From assembly GCF_009914755.1 (NCBI RefSeq), contig NC_060927.1: a stretch of DNA of 64,000 nucleotides. One strand, given 5' to 3'. Both the position numbers and the translations under genes were made by a program. The stretch's first letter is position 1, and each line of letters opens with the position of its first letter. Under the pieces are notes generated by a model. It was given only the letters and a program-made list of their open reading frames with translations, ran no database searches and was not told where the DNA came from. The stretch is from the human T2T-CHM13v2.0 reference genome, Homo sapiens. Below, in pieces: positions 1-13,439 of this stretch.

Positions 1-41
1 CAGACTGTTGGGAATATGGGTGTGAGCCACTGTGCCTGGCC
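1..41 (-). mobile_element. Alu/FLAM 5' end, cut by window edge
   Basis: gtgtgagccactgtgcctggcc is the reverse complement of the Alu 5' end. Confidence 0.8.
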
Positions 42-559
42 CCAGATATTTCTGAAGAATAACTCTTAACATGTAAAAAGGAAATCTTTTAAATTAAAAT
101 CTTTCAACTTAGTTACCAGTTTTAAAGGAGAGGTGCTCAATCTGTCTAATTCTACTGTGGCTTTTATCGTACTCCAGTGTTTTGTTATGTTCCTGTCTAT
201 ATCCAAAGAGGGACAGAAAATTTTATCATTGTCTTATATCAGGTAAAAGTAAAACATGGGTCAAATATTTTCCTAAGTATACATCTCTTCATACATCATG
301 GATAGCATATCTCTGAAGTGAGCTTGGGCCTAGTTGCCTAGAAAAATATTATGAAGTCACATAATAATGAGTCAAGTAAGACAGGTTTAAAAATCATGAT
401 TTATTTCCCGTAAAAGAATCTTTAACAAGGCAAATTTCTCAAGAAATGGTAGCAGAGTCTGAGAAGCGTGGCTGAGAAAAGAAGTGATTTCATGTCTAAG
501 AAGACTCTCAAATCATACAAATGTCCTTTTAAAACTTCACATCCTAGAATGTCAATTGT

Positions 560-780
560 GGAAAGATCATTTACTATCTGTCACTTGCTATTAGATGTCT
601 TTCTCACTTACTGGATTTAATCTTCACAACGGTCCAGAGGTAGTAGATATTCTTCTGTTATGCAGATCAGAGTAACATCTCAGAGAGGTTAATTACTACA
701 TGCTGTATCACTCAGTCTGTTAGTGGCGGAACAGAAACTGAAAATCATGTTTGCTTGAGTACAAAGTTCATAATATTTCC
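560..780 (-). mobile_element. MIR SINE, decayed
   Basis: tttaatcttcacaac...ctcagagaggttaattact resembles the MIR core, antisense. Confidence 0.6.
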
Positions 781-1925
781 ATAACACAATATTACCTCAA
801 AATTGCCTTAAGAGCCTAAAAATGTACTTATTTCTTATGCCTTAACCTCATTTCCTGTTCTTATTTACTGCACTTTGCATTAAAATAAAATCTCATTTCT
901 GATATTTATCTTAGTTGTTTTATACTAGTGTAACATGACTATACTTCAAAGTAAGTAATTACTTTTATATTTGCCATAATGTGTGTGTCACTAGCAGTCA
1001 AAGAAAACATCAATTTTAATACTATCTGCACTTTGCATGAACCATTGTTAACTAAATTAATACATTCACATTTATTCCATAATGTTTTCAGGTCACAATA
1101 CTTAATGTACTTTTCAAACACAATGTAGCAAGCTATAAAATAGAGCACAATTATATTGAATGAGTTATAGTATCTAAAAGCAGGATCTGTCAAAGTGTCA
1201 AATAAGAAAAAGAAATGAAGCCACATATACAAGGCAAAAATCATTTATCCTTTATTAATCTGAGAAACGAGTACTGTGAAGTCCATAACATACCTTTGGA
1301 GAAAAATTTGCATTATCTTTGGTGACTTATTGATAAAATTGTAAATATTGATGTTTAAAAATTAAAAATGAAATTTCTTTCCTTTATAGGCTACAAATCT
1401 TGAATTTGGCTCACTGGGAAAATACTAGTTGAGGATTACCACGTAATACTTCTTAATTCAGATCATCAACATATTTTCCAGTCGTCAAACTAAAGTTAGT
1501 TTTATCTGATGCTAGAATATCTCAATGTTGTTGAATACAATGATTTTTTTTTTCTGGAAAAATCTTGATTAGATCTGCTGAAAAAAGACACAGTCGATTA
1601 CTTTTGTAAGGTACTGAAATATTAGAAGAAAACATTCTGCTTTTTCAAAAGCATTTGTTATAAGTTGTAATCAAAAGTTTTAATTGAAAGCCATGTTTTG
1701 ATGGTTTATTATGAGATTTTGCTGCATCAGTGATAGACATTAAGTTCAAATGAAACAAGTGCCTTTGATTCTCTAAAATATATGCATAGTAATAGTCCTT
1801 TAGCGATAATCAAGAAGTTTTTATTTAACAGTTTTTTATCTGATTAGTCTAATTCCTTTTTCTTAGAATTGTTTCTTTATCTAAAATACGAGTGCCGGTT
1901 GTTGACTGGGGGAGCTTTATCCTCC

Positions 1926-2355
1926 GTATTCATTTCCTAGGACCACCATAACAAATTACCACAAACTTGGTGGTTTAAAATAACAGAAATGTATTCTCAC
2001 AGTTCTGGATGCTTGAAGTATGAAAGAAGGTGTAGGACTGGCTGTATTCTCTCCGAAGTCTCCAGGGGAGAATTCTTCCTCGCCTCTTATAGCTTCTGAT
2101 GGTTCCGAAGAATGACTTGTGGCTGTATCACTCCAATCTCTATCTCTCCCTTCATACGACCTTCTCCCTTTCTCCCTGTGTCTGTCACCTGTGTGTTGCC
2201 TATAAGGACAGTGGCCATTGGATTTAAGGCTCACCTGAATAATCCAGCAGAATCTCATCTTGAGTTTCTTAATCACATCTGCAAAGACCTTTTCTTTAAA
2301 TAAGGTTATATCCACAGGTTCTAAGAGTTAGAAAATAGAAATGTCTTCAATCCAC
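1926..2355 (-). mobile_element. MaLR solo LTR (MLT1B/C-like)
   Basis: ataacaaattaccacaaacttggtggtttaaaataacagaaat...cacagttctgga and acatctgcaaagacc are MLT1 hallmarks. Confidence 0.85.
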
Positions 2356-2695
2356 TAAACAAACTCAATGTTCAAGAACGGGCTTTGGGGTCTGAAAGCT
2401 GCAGAATAAAATGCTTGCTCAACCACCCTTTAGCTGTGTAATATTTGGCAAGTATATTGTATATATTTGGAAGCTATACTGACCATGAGTTGATGAACAT
2501 AAGAATTTTGGTATTAATTGATAATTGGCCCTCTTGCCTGCTAAAATGAGTATCTTTTGACCATCCATATTCTACGTGGTCACTGAGTTGATATCTCTTT
2601 ATAATTTGGTACTAATGACCACTCTCTTCTTCTTGAGCATCTTTATTGCTTTAGCTTCTTTCTTAAAAAATTTAATGATGATTATTGTTGTTATT

Positions 2696-2820
2696 ATTTT
2701 TATTTTAGAGATGGGGTCTTGCTATGTTGCCCAGCCTGGCTTCAAACTCCTGGGCTCAAGTGATCCTCTTGCCTCAGCCTTCTGAGCAGGTGGGACTATT
2801 GGTATGTACTAGTGTACCTG
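2696..2820 (-). mobile_element. FLAM Alu monomer
   Basis: gagatggggtcttgctatgttgcccag...ctcctgggctcaagtgatcctc; single monomer. Confidence 0.85.
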
Positions 2821-2859
2821 TTTTTAACTGTCTTAGCTTCTAAAATAGTGCACTTTCCT

Positions 2860-3895
<1,036 letters not shown>

Positions 3896-5464
3896 TGGTT
3901 TCTTACGCCCACTAAAAGGACATCTTGCTATTATTATTATTTGTGGTTAGCTTATTCTTAAAGACATTTAATGATAGTAATAATGGTTAACATTTATTGA
4001 TAACATACTTATCATCAAAATTCTGAAGTTGTGTATGTTTCTCTTGCATTTAGAGTTTACGGAAGCAGCAAAACAGGCTGTAAAAGATAGATTATAAAAT
4101 TAAAGGGAGTTTGATTTGAAAGGAATTAGACAATGAGCCATTTTAAAGTATTTTTAAAAAAAATTCTGGCAACTAGATGTGTAAATAAAAATAGATATAA
4201 ATAAATGAGTATAAATAAAAATAGAGAATTTTGTAGTTCCCACATTTCTGGAGGATAAATTAAATAAATAGTAAAGACACATATGCTCTTAAAAATGGTC
4301 ATGACTCATATATTTTAGTGAACTGTTTTTTTCTGTAGATTTCTTAAAGCAGGCATAAAAGTTTTCATTCTGAAGAGGTTCTTTAGTTATCATTTACCAT
4401 GTTTAAGTCAATTAATTGCTGTATTTCAGAACATTCATCTTTATTTTTCATGGAGGTTTTGTCATACTCCAGTCTGAAACAGTTACATAGAAACTGCGTG
4501 GACTAAAATGCTGAAATGTGTGTAAATCATTGTATGCTAATTAAATTCAGTATTATTGGACTCTTTTAGTTTCCTTTTTTACAGGAAGCTTTCTAAAGAT
4601 AATTGATGGACAAGTTACATTTGGGGACACACTTAGGGCTATGTGCACTATAAAAATAGAAAAACTTGGGAGTCCTAAGGCTGAATTTGTAAGAAAAAAT
4701 GCTGTCATTGATATTTGAAAAGTTTGTACATTTAAAGTATTTTATCTTAGTAAAATTATACATAAAATGAGAGTGTCTCAAACATCTTTGTACTGATAAG
4801 GATGGTCTTTTATGTTAGGCAAGTGATCACTTCCGACGATAGGAGTCTATAGCCTGCTGAGCACACAGCATGGTGCGGTGCCATCTTGTGTGGTGGTTAA
4901 AAACAGAGGGTCAGATTGGCAACTCAGTTTTCTCATCTATAAAATGGGGAATGCATTGACACTTATCTAAAGTGTCATTGTAAGGAAACAATGAAATCAT
5001 CTGTATGGAGTCCCCGGGCCCTGTTATAATCACTCAAAGTTAACTTTTATTCTATTACTATAATTCATGGTATCATTTTCATAGGTGATTTCTGGAATGC
5101 TAACCCATTGCTTTTTTAATGCCTCCTTAATGGCATTTCTTTCAAGAAAACCTGATAATATTTAGGCATTAAATTGAACTATGGCTGCCAGGCCTCAATT
5201 ATAATGGGATTTCACTATGTTTTAGTGCCAATCCTCATTCTAGATGAGGTTGGGGAAGGGCTTAGATGGCCAAGGAAGGGAATATTCAAGCTGTTTCCTT
5301 TTCAAAGGTAATAAATCTAAACCTTCCCAAAACAATTCACGCAGACATTTTAAAACAATATTGTGATGTCCATTGTGTAAAATAAGCTATCTAGTAAATA
5401 GACTGTCATTCTTTCAATTTTCTGTATTGTAAAACTTCCTTTGGTGTATGTGTGTTTTTCTAAA

Positions 5465-5599
5465 TTTTGTTTTGTTTTGTTTAAAGATGGGGTCTCACTA
5501 TATTGCCCAGGCAGGTTTCAAACTCCTGAGCTCAAGCGATCCTCCTACCTCAGCCTCTTGAGTAGCTGGGATTACAGGAATGTGTCACTGCACTTGGCT
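5465..5599 (-). mobile_element. FLAM Alu monomer
   Basis: gatggggtctcactatattgcccagg...ctcaagcgatcctcc; single monomer. Confidence 0.85.
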
Positions 5600-6489
5600 C
5601 TGTCCTAAGTTGAAAAATATATGAAACTTAGAACAGACTTCTATTCTGCTTTTTAATTTGTGGGATATTTGTAAGAACAAGGTCTCTGGCACAGCATGAA
5701 GAGCTGCCGTCACATTCCCACATCTCTGTGAATCACTCCTGGCTGTGCCTTCCACCTTCCCATCATAAGTGCTTGCTCTTCTTTGATGGTTCTGGTTTCT
5801 CTCTTCTGTAACTATTCAGATCATTTGTAACAGACAGTCTTTCAGCTTAATTCTGATTCCACCCTTAGACAATCTGTCTTTCAGTTTTTCCCTTTTTGGC
5901 TTTATGTTCCTTCAGACAGGGACCTTGGGATGTTCTACCCCATCCTAAGGTCCCTGTCTAGAGACAGGGAGTCAGTAAGTACCCTGAATCTTGGGTATTC
6001 CCAGACTAGAGATTGTCCTGGAGAACTAAAAGCTCAAGTTCATTTTTCTGCAGAGTGACCCAAGGTTATGTAAATAAGGCATCCAGAGATCATTTAGGCT
6101 CTGAACCAGGACTAAAGTAGAGCTGACCCTGGGAGGCTGGATACCTTTCCTGGTTGAGGTTACAAGAGTGTTACAAATACCACAGATGTTGCAGGTTGAC
6201 CCAGCCTGAGTCTACTCTTTTGAGCCTTGGTTTGGAACTGTACAAGCCTCTTCATATGGTGAAACAAAGTTTTGATGGATATTTCTGAAGATCAAACTTG
6301 CAAGAGTTGAGGAAATATTTAAAGATGATGCTCTTGCTGAATGTTTGTTTTTTCCTCCAAACTTTAGACCAATTTGTCCTGAGCCATTCAATTTTTCTGA
6401 CCTAGTCCTCTTGCAGCCAAAAAAACCTCATGGCTTAGAAGTATACTTTTAGAGAATTACCCAGCCCAACTGTGCTGGCTTTAAAAAAA

Positions 6490-6590
6490 AGTGCAGGGAT
6501 CTCATTATGTTGTTGCTCTGAACTCTTAGGCTTAAGCAATTGTCCTGCCTCAGCCTCCTGAGTAGCTGGGCCTACAGGCACTTTTCACCA
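6490..6590 (-). mobile_element. Degenerate FLAM/Alu monomer
   Basis: cctgcctcagcctcctgagtagctggg. Confidence 0.7.
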
Positions 6591-7078
6591 CATCCATCTT
6601 GTAACTGGCTTATGTGGGATATGAAGCTATGCTCTCCTAAGGCAATACCAATGCCACAGTGAACAACTCTGTAGCCCCAGTCTAAATTACAATGGTCAAT
6701 TACTTAACTGGCAGATCCTTTTGGAATATACTATTTACTCCAAATATTGCATTGGTAGGTTTTGAGGGAAATACAGGAAAATGTATGGATAATTCTTATG
6801 CTTGAACAGATTACTACCTATGAGAAGTCAGAGAAACAATGAAACAATTACATGATAAAACATGTATTTGTGTTCCAAGGAGTCAAATAGGGAAGTAATT
6901 ATTTCAGGTTGGTGGCAAATAGTTTCATGGGTGAGTCAGATTCAAGCTGAGGCTTGAATACTTTAGACAGTTTGCAGATATGGAAAACATTGGATGGGGA
7001 ATATTCAGAAAAATTCACACTGCATATGGAACAAAGCTGTCTATGTTATTCCCATGCTTAAAACCCTTTCATGTTTTT

Positions 7079-7238
7079 TAGTTGTGCTTCTCAAACTTGA
7101 ATGCATGCATACAATTAAACTGATGACCTTGTTAATTGCTGATTCAGATTCAGTGGGTCTGCAGTGGAGTCTGATATTCCAAATTTCTAAGTTTGCTGCT
7201 GCTGGACCTCAGATGAAACTTTGAAAGACAAAGATCTG
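7079..7238. mobile_element. MER5A-like hAT-Charlie DNA transposon
   Basis: gtgcttctcaaactt...gattcagattcagtgggtctg...tttctaa. Confidence 0.65.
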
Positions 7239-7250
7239 TACTAGGGCTGA

Positions 7251-7465
7251 GGAGTGGGGCAAACTATAGCCTATGAGCCAAATCTAGCCAGCCAAATGTT
7301 TTGAAATTTTATTGGAACACGGACACATCTCTTTGTTTACCTATCATCTATAACTACTTTTGCACTATGATGGCAGCATTACATATTGTCACAGACACCT
7401 TATGGCCCACAAATTCTAACATATTTACTATCTTATTCTTTACAAAAAAGATTTGCCTACCTCTG
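7251..7465. mobile_element. MER58A-like hAT-Charlie DNA transposon
   Basis: ggcaaactatagcc...ttttattggaacac...tttacaaaaaagatttgcc. Confidence 0.8.
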
Positions 7466-7929
7466 GTATATACTGTAGGATAAAATCCAAATACTTTAGG
7501 ATTGTATATAAGGACCAGGAAAATTTGTTTTCAGCCTATCTGCCGAATCTCTCTGCTCTGCCTCCTTAGATACTTGAGTGCCATATAATCAGCTTGCTGT
7601 TATGCAAATCCTACTGGTCTTTCTCATTTCTTTGCAAGAGTATATCACCTGAAAATATGTTGAGCACATGATTTGACAATTAAACTAAAATTACTTAACA
7701 ATAAGCTTGCCCCATTTTTCCCAATTTTGCAGACACCCTGTAGAATATTACACATTCACATGCATGCTGATGAGTGAGAAGTGGGTGACATAGGAACAAT
7801 AGCTGTGGGTAAAAGACAGTCGAAAATTTTCTGAAGCTTTTTCTTTTTTAATGGCAAGCTTTAAATTACACTCATATAGATTTGAATTCTTATCCTGAAT
7901 GAATGTATCTGAATATTATTAAAAAATAC

Positions 7930-8190
7930 TTAGTGCTGTATTTTCTCCAATTACGTTTCCCACAGGATTTCATGAAGTATTACATAGCACACAAACACAC
8001 ACACACCCCTTGGAAAATGCTGGTTAAACATATTTCTTTACTGTAGATATTCTCTGAGCCTTTATATAATAATATGCATTATGAATCTGAAAGAAAGGGA
8101 TTTAATATGCAGGCCTTCTTAAGATTATTCAGTTATGAAATCTTTTTGATGTGGGATATTATTTATCCTACAGTAGTATTTTATGGGATA
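7930..8190. mobile_element. Old hAT-Charlie non-autonomous element (Charlie4-like)
   Basis: tttctttactgtag...tctctgagcctttat...tgcattatgaatct; related copy at ~53280-53560. Confidence 0.55.
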
Positions 8191-8289
8191 CCAACTGAAC
8201 AATGTTTTACTAGTGTATAAATGTGCCACATATATGTATATATCACAGAATTATTATAAGATTACTATAGAAGATAGCTTTATATTCAC

Positions 8290-8520
8290 AGTTCTCTGAA
8301 TGGTAGCCTGGCTCTACTGCTCAATAAATACGTGATCTTGGGTAAACTTAATCTCTTGCAAATCAGTATTTCATATATAAAATAGATACAATAATTCTGG
8401 TAGTCACTATATTAAAAGTTGTTAGACTTAAATAAGATAGTGTGAGTAAGATGCTTAGCCTGGCACCTAGCACATTATAACCAGTAGTAAATATTGTCTT
8501 TTATTATACTACAATTATTA
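8290..8520 (+). mobile_element. MIR SINE
   Basis: gtgatcttgggtaaacttaatctct...cacctagcacat. Confidence 0.6.
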
Positions 8521-9589
8521 GCACAATTTGCATCTACTGTTCAATTTTATCACCACCAATGTTTGCCATTACCCTTCTGCTTTCCTGCCTTGAGCTGTGA
8601 CCCAAAGTCATTGCCTAGGATTTACTCTCAAAAAGCCTAGAAATTACATACTGGCTTATTATATACTGATATAGATTGGTGTGATAAAATCAGCTTTAAT
8701 GTTAAACTGGAAACATTTTATCCTATACTTTCAAAATACTATGTTTCAGTACATTTTAGCAATATTTTTCACATAATTGTGGTGTATAGTAGCTAAGCAT
8801 ATTATTGTAGTCATCTTAGATCCATGAGGCAAAAAAGGATTTCTCATTTCATGAAAAGATGACAAGGATATTTCTTAATCTGTTCCCTGAAATTTATCAT
8901 TGTAAAATGACACAGAGAACCACACATTTCCAGAAAAGCTAGAAAAAACTTCTTGTTATTTATATAGTTGATATTGTCAGAATGCTAGGGAGTAAAGAAA
9001 TCCTAGGAAAAATATAGATAGTCTTTCCTGTGGTATAGGCCTCTGGGAATTGAAAAAAAACTTATATTTATGTAGTTCTTAATACCAATATCAATAACAG
9101 AGAATAATAGTTTGTATTATATCTTTCAAAACTCTTGTACTAATCTCATTGGATCATCAACTATATCTCTGTCCTAGGTAACACTAGGTTTTGAAAATTG
9201 TACATGGATTTATTCTGAAAATTCCTAGATATGGGGAATATATATGCTCAAAAAAATTTTAAACTAAGTTCTACTCTTTTGGCTTTCTCAAAATGATATT
9301 TATCTATTGTTGTTCAAATTTAGAGAGAAATGCAAGTCAATAATTAGCATAAGAGTACTATAAACCCTCAAATCTAGATGACCAAAACTACAACTCCTAA
9401 ATGAAAAATAGAGAGCAGTTAAAATCTATAGTTAAATAATTACAAATGAATTATTTACATCTTTTATAAATAACTGAAACCTAAATATAATTTTTTTCTT
9501 GTTTTCTATCCTGTGTATCATATTGATGTTTCCAGACTTGAGGATACTCATTTTCTTTGGAATCACAGTAACAACAAACTGGGTCAAGA

Positions 9590-9770
9590 AGGAATGGCTG
9601 CCAAGGAGCCATCTGTAAATCCTGTCTTTGGCAAACCCTTTGACCTCTCTGAAGCCTAGTTTCTCTAATATCAACTGTATGTTCTCCACAACATTATGAT
9701 GAGGATTAAAAACTTAATGTATGTGAAACAGAAATGAAAACCTTGGAACACAACATAAATCTTAAGGACT
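9590..9770 (+). mobile_element. MIR SINE
   Basis: tttggcaaaccctttgacctctctgaagcctagtttct...gaggattaaa. Confidence 0.6.
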
Positions 9771-9799
9771 GTTGTGGATCATAAACCATCTGAATTGTT

Positions 9800-11070
9800 T
9801 TTGATCCCAAATTTTTGCAAGCCTGGCTGCTTCTCATCATTTAGGTTTTAACTTAAATGTCATCTCCTCAGAGAGGGCTTCCCTGAAGAATTAATCGAAA
9901 GTAGAAATCAGAGCCTCTGCCAGTTACTCCCTGCCTGCTACCTTTTTTATACCACTCATAACAATATAAAATTAACCTACTTTTCATTTATGTGTGGTTT
10001 TTTTTTTTTCCCAGTCCCCCGATACTGTAATGTGAGCTCCATGTTGCAGGGACTGTTGTTTATTGTATTCATTGCTGACTCCCATTCTCTGGGACATTGC
10101 AATGAAGACATGTGCTCTCCACAATCACTCTTGTTTTCACGCATGTCTATTCATATGAATTTAGGTCTTGCAGCTATGTCAAGCTGAACACTTTCATATA
10201 ACTTTCTATGTGTTCAGTAACAAAAGGTCTTCAGAAAGCAACTCATTCCTGATGGCAAATCTTATCCAAAAGAGAATGGTTCTCTCTGTGGAGTCATTTT
10301 CATGTCAGATAAAGTCTCTTTACTCAAAATGCTGCACAGAATTCATCTATCTCCAGAGAACCAGAAGACAGATTTATTTTTTGATTCTCCCTGTCAAAGT
10401 GGTTAAGATAATTTAGACTGCTGTTTTTGGCATTTCTCTCTCCAGAGTCAGCCTGGAGTTATGATCGTAAAGCTAGAAGGTCAGTCTGGCACTCCCAAAT
10501 GGCATGACTGTACTTCGTAGGTTAAAAGACTGGGTAGTTTATTCCTATTAAGCGAAGACTCCCAACGTTTATGTGATTAGAGAGCTAAAATATCCATGCC
10601 TTATAACAGGAATGAATCAAAACCCGTGGTTATAGCCACTTGTGAAGTCTCACACATCTAGCCTCCCACTGGTCTCTGTGGTTTTATGGCTAGTGCTCTT
10701 CCCATCATTCCTTCATCCCAGCCACATTGGCCTCCTTGCTGTTCCTATAATCCTCCAAGAGGCCCTAACCCCAGGAAAACACAAGCCTTGCTCCCATTTA
10801 TCTTCAGGTTTTAGCTCAAATGTCACCTTAGCAGAGACATCTTCCTGACCACCCTGTTTAAAATCACAAAACCTTGCTCTGCACTCTCTACCTCCTTCCT
10901 TGTTTCTTTATTGTTTTTTCCATAGCATTTATGACCATCTGACGTACTTCATAATTTACTTCTTAATTTCTTCATTTTGGACAAGGATTTTTATATGTTC
11001 ACTGCTAGGTACTGTTGGCACATGGTAGGTAAGTACGTAATAAATATTTATTGAATTAATGAATGAAAGA
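9800..11070 (+). mobile_element. Two L2 3' fragments (~9800-10100 and ~10560-11070)
   Basis: aaatgtcatctcctcagagagg; ctcaaatgtcacctta; 3' end aataaatatttattgaattaatgaatgaa. Confidence 0.7.
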
Positions 11071-11367
11071 AGAAATTAATGTGCAAAAGAGTAGCATAAT
11101 TTGAATAATTGAACTTCAAACAATTCATTAAAATTGATTATTTATAGTTCTCCAGAGCTTGAAGCTGGTTGTTAATTAGATTACTGCAAGGAACAAAAAC
11201 TGTTGGGTTACTCCAGGAATTATCTTAATGGACTGAGGGGGAAGTAAGGAAGAAGAAAAGCAATCTGTGTGGGCATCCAGGAGTTGCTCATGGGAAGGGG
11301 ATGTCATAGAGACCACTGTTACTGACCTAGTACAGTAGGTCAGTAGGATGCTGTCACTGACCTAGTA

Positions 11368-11556
11368 CAGTAATTCTCAAACTGTAATGATGTATCAGAA
11401 TCACCCAGGTGCTTATTAAAAACACAGTTAGCCTAGCCTCCTCCTGTCTTAAAGTCAGTAAGTCTCAATGGGCTCCGAAAATGTGCATTTCTAATTGGTT
11501 CCTAGGTGATTCTCATGTTGCTAGATCAACCGGGGTCCACACTTTGAGCACCCTGG
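11368..11556. mobile_element. MER5A hAT-Charlie DNA transposon
   Basis: cagtaattctcaaact...atcagaatcacc...tgcatttctaa...ccacactttgag. Confidence 0.8.
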
Positions 11557-12389
11557 CCTCATAGTATAAAAGCCACTTCATTGACCTTGGGCCACTCTAG
11601 ACCTATTGACTTAGTTTTTTCAGCTGTGCCTCCATATTCCTTTTGGATCCTCCGACACCAGTTCTCATTTTTAATTTCAAGTCTTTGGCTCCTTATGAAA
11701 TTTAGTGCCTTGTGACTTCTGCTTTTTACTTTTGCTCTCTGTGACTCCTGCCTTTGTGCCACTTTGTGCCTGCTGACTATGTCTGTGTCTCTTATTTGCA
11801 TTCCCCTGGGGAGTTTAAGTGTTGGATTAGATATTCTAATCACTCTTCAGTAGAGAGTATCTCTGTAAGGTACAGCTCTCATAACAGATATCTCACATAG
11901 GTCCTCTTGGTCATGTAAAGATGCTGCACTAGCAAGGTCACATGGAATAAAACATAATTACCTATGTGTAAGGCACCTCATGTATCTTTATTCAGATGGG
12001 GTCTGTGAGAATGAAGGCACTTGTGGGTGTTCAGAAAGGACCACTGTATATGACATACAACTGGCATGGAGCATCTGCTTCAAGGTGATTAAGGATAGTT
12101 TGAAATGGCGTAGAAAAGAATGCCTGTATTTTACTGCCAAATTCACAATAAATTAGACTAGTGATACGGGACAAATTTTTGTTTTTCTCTGGGCCTGCAT
12201 TTCCTCAGTGACAATGTGAGAGGATTTGGCATGATGAGCTTTAAGTTCCTTTCCATATGCAGTGTGCCATGACTTGATGAATCTAATTCATTAGCGTACA
12301 TACACAGGTACATGACTAGGTCAGCCTCTATTTCTAGGTTGCTATGATCTAATTTTTTACAGTTGAACATTATATTCTGTTTTCTTTAA

Positions 12390-12640
12390 GTGCATGGATA
12401 TAGAACCAACTTGCCTGGGTTTGAATTCTGGTTTTGCCACTTACTAGCCATATGACCTTGGGCAAATTATTTTGTCTGAGTGTCAATTTTCTCATCCATA
12501 AAATGAGGATTATAGTAATTTTCTTATAGTTTTGTTGGATTGAATGAGTTATTACATGTGAAACTATAATAGAAATGAAATTCTAAAGTGTTTAAAAGGC
12601 TATCTGGCACATAGGAAAGACTATATAAGTGTCTTAAATT
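12390..12640 (+). mobile_element. MIR SINE
   Basis: gcctgggtttgaattctgg...tgaccttgggcaaatt...ttttctcatccataaaatg. Confidence 0.85.
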
Positions 12641-13439
12641 ATTTTAACACATTTTTATCAGGGCTATGTTTTGTCTAATTTAGTAAACATGACTATAATA
12701 TGCATGGGAATTTTACTTAGAATTGTGCTTAGAATATGAAGCCATCAGAAATTCTTTCATTAAAATGATGCTGTAATGAACCCTCTTTGAAGTATTGTAG
12801 AAATACCTACATTCTTTTAAAATATATTTCTGGAAGCAAAGAGGCACATGACATTTTGTGAAAGACTAAACTATAAGAACACACAACATATCAATCTTTG
12901 CCAAAGGCTAGGAGTTTGTGGGGAGTGGGAGAATTTTCTACAAATGAGCATAGTGAAGCTTTTACAAGTGATAACAAGATGCTATATCTTGTGGTGATGG
13001 CTACGTGATTGAATATGTTTGTAAAACTCATATACAAAAGAATAATAAATTGTATTGTATCTGTATTATAGCTAAGTAAACCCCACTTTTACAAAGTGCT
13101 TCTCAGTGCAATATTTTTATATGTGAGATTTTGTAAACCACACAGCTGTGTATAATTCTGTCCTTGCACATTGCTTCCCTAAACTTGCATTTATTCTTAT
13201 TTCAAGTGTCTGAAATATAACCTAAAATGTCAGTGGAAACACTGCCGCAGCTGCTTCCATCTTTGCAGGACCTCATATTTGCATTTTCAGTATGTGACCC
13301 CTTCTCATTAATACTTGCAACCTCCCTCTCACCTCTGTAACTCACATGCCATTCTCTACTCCACCTTTATTGCTGCCTACTCATTTCTCCTGGGGCTCCT
13401 TAGGCTTTCACTCACTCAGAAAATGGAAGCAAAGAGGCC

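Noticed and set aside
1390-1442. Acceptor-like sites here and at 4819, 21082, 39078 and 39310
   Set aside because: Weak donors and/or stops in all frames; expected frequency of pseudo-exons
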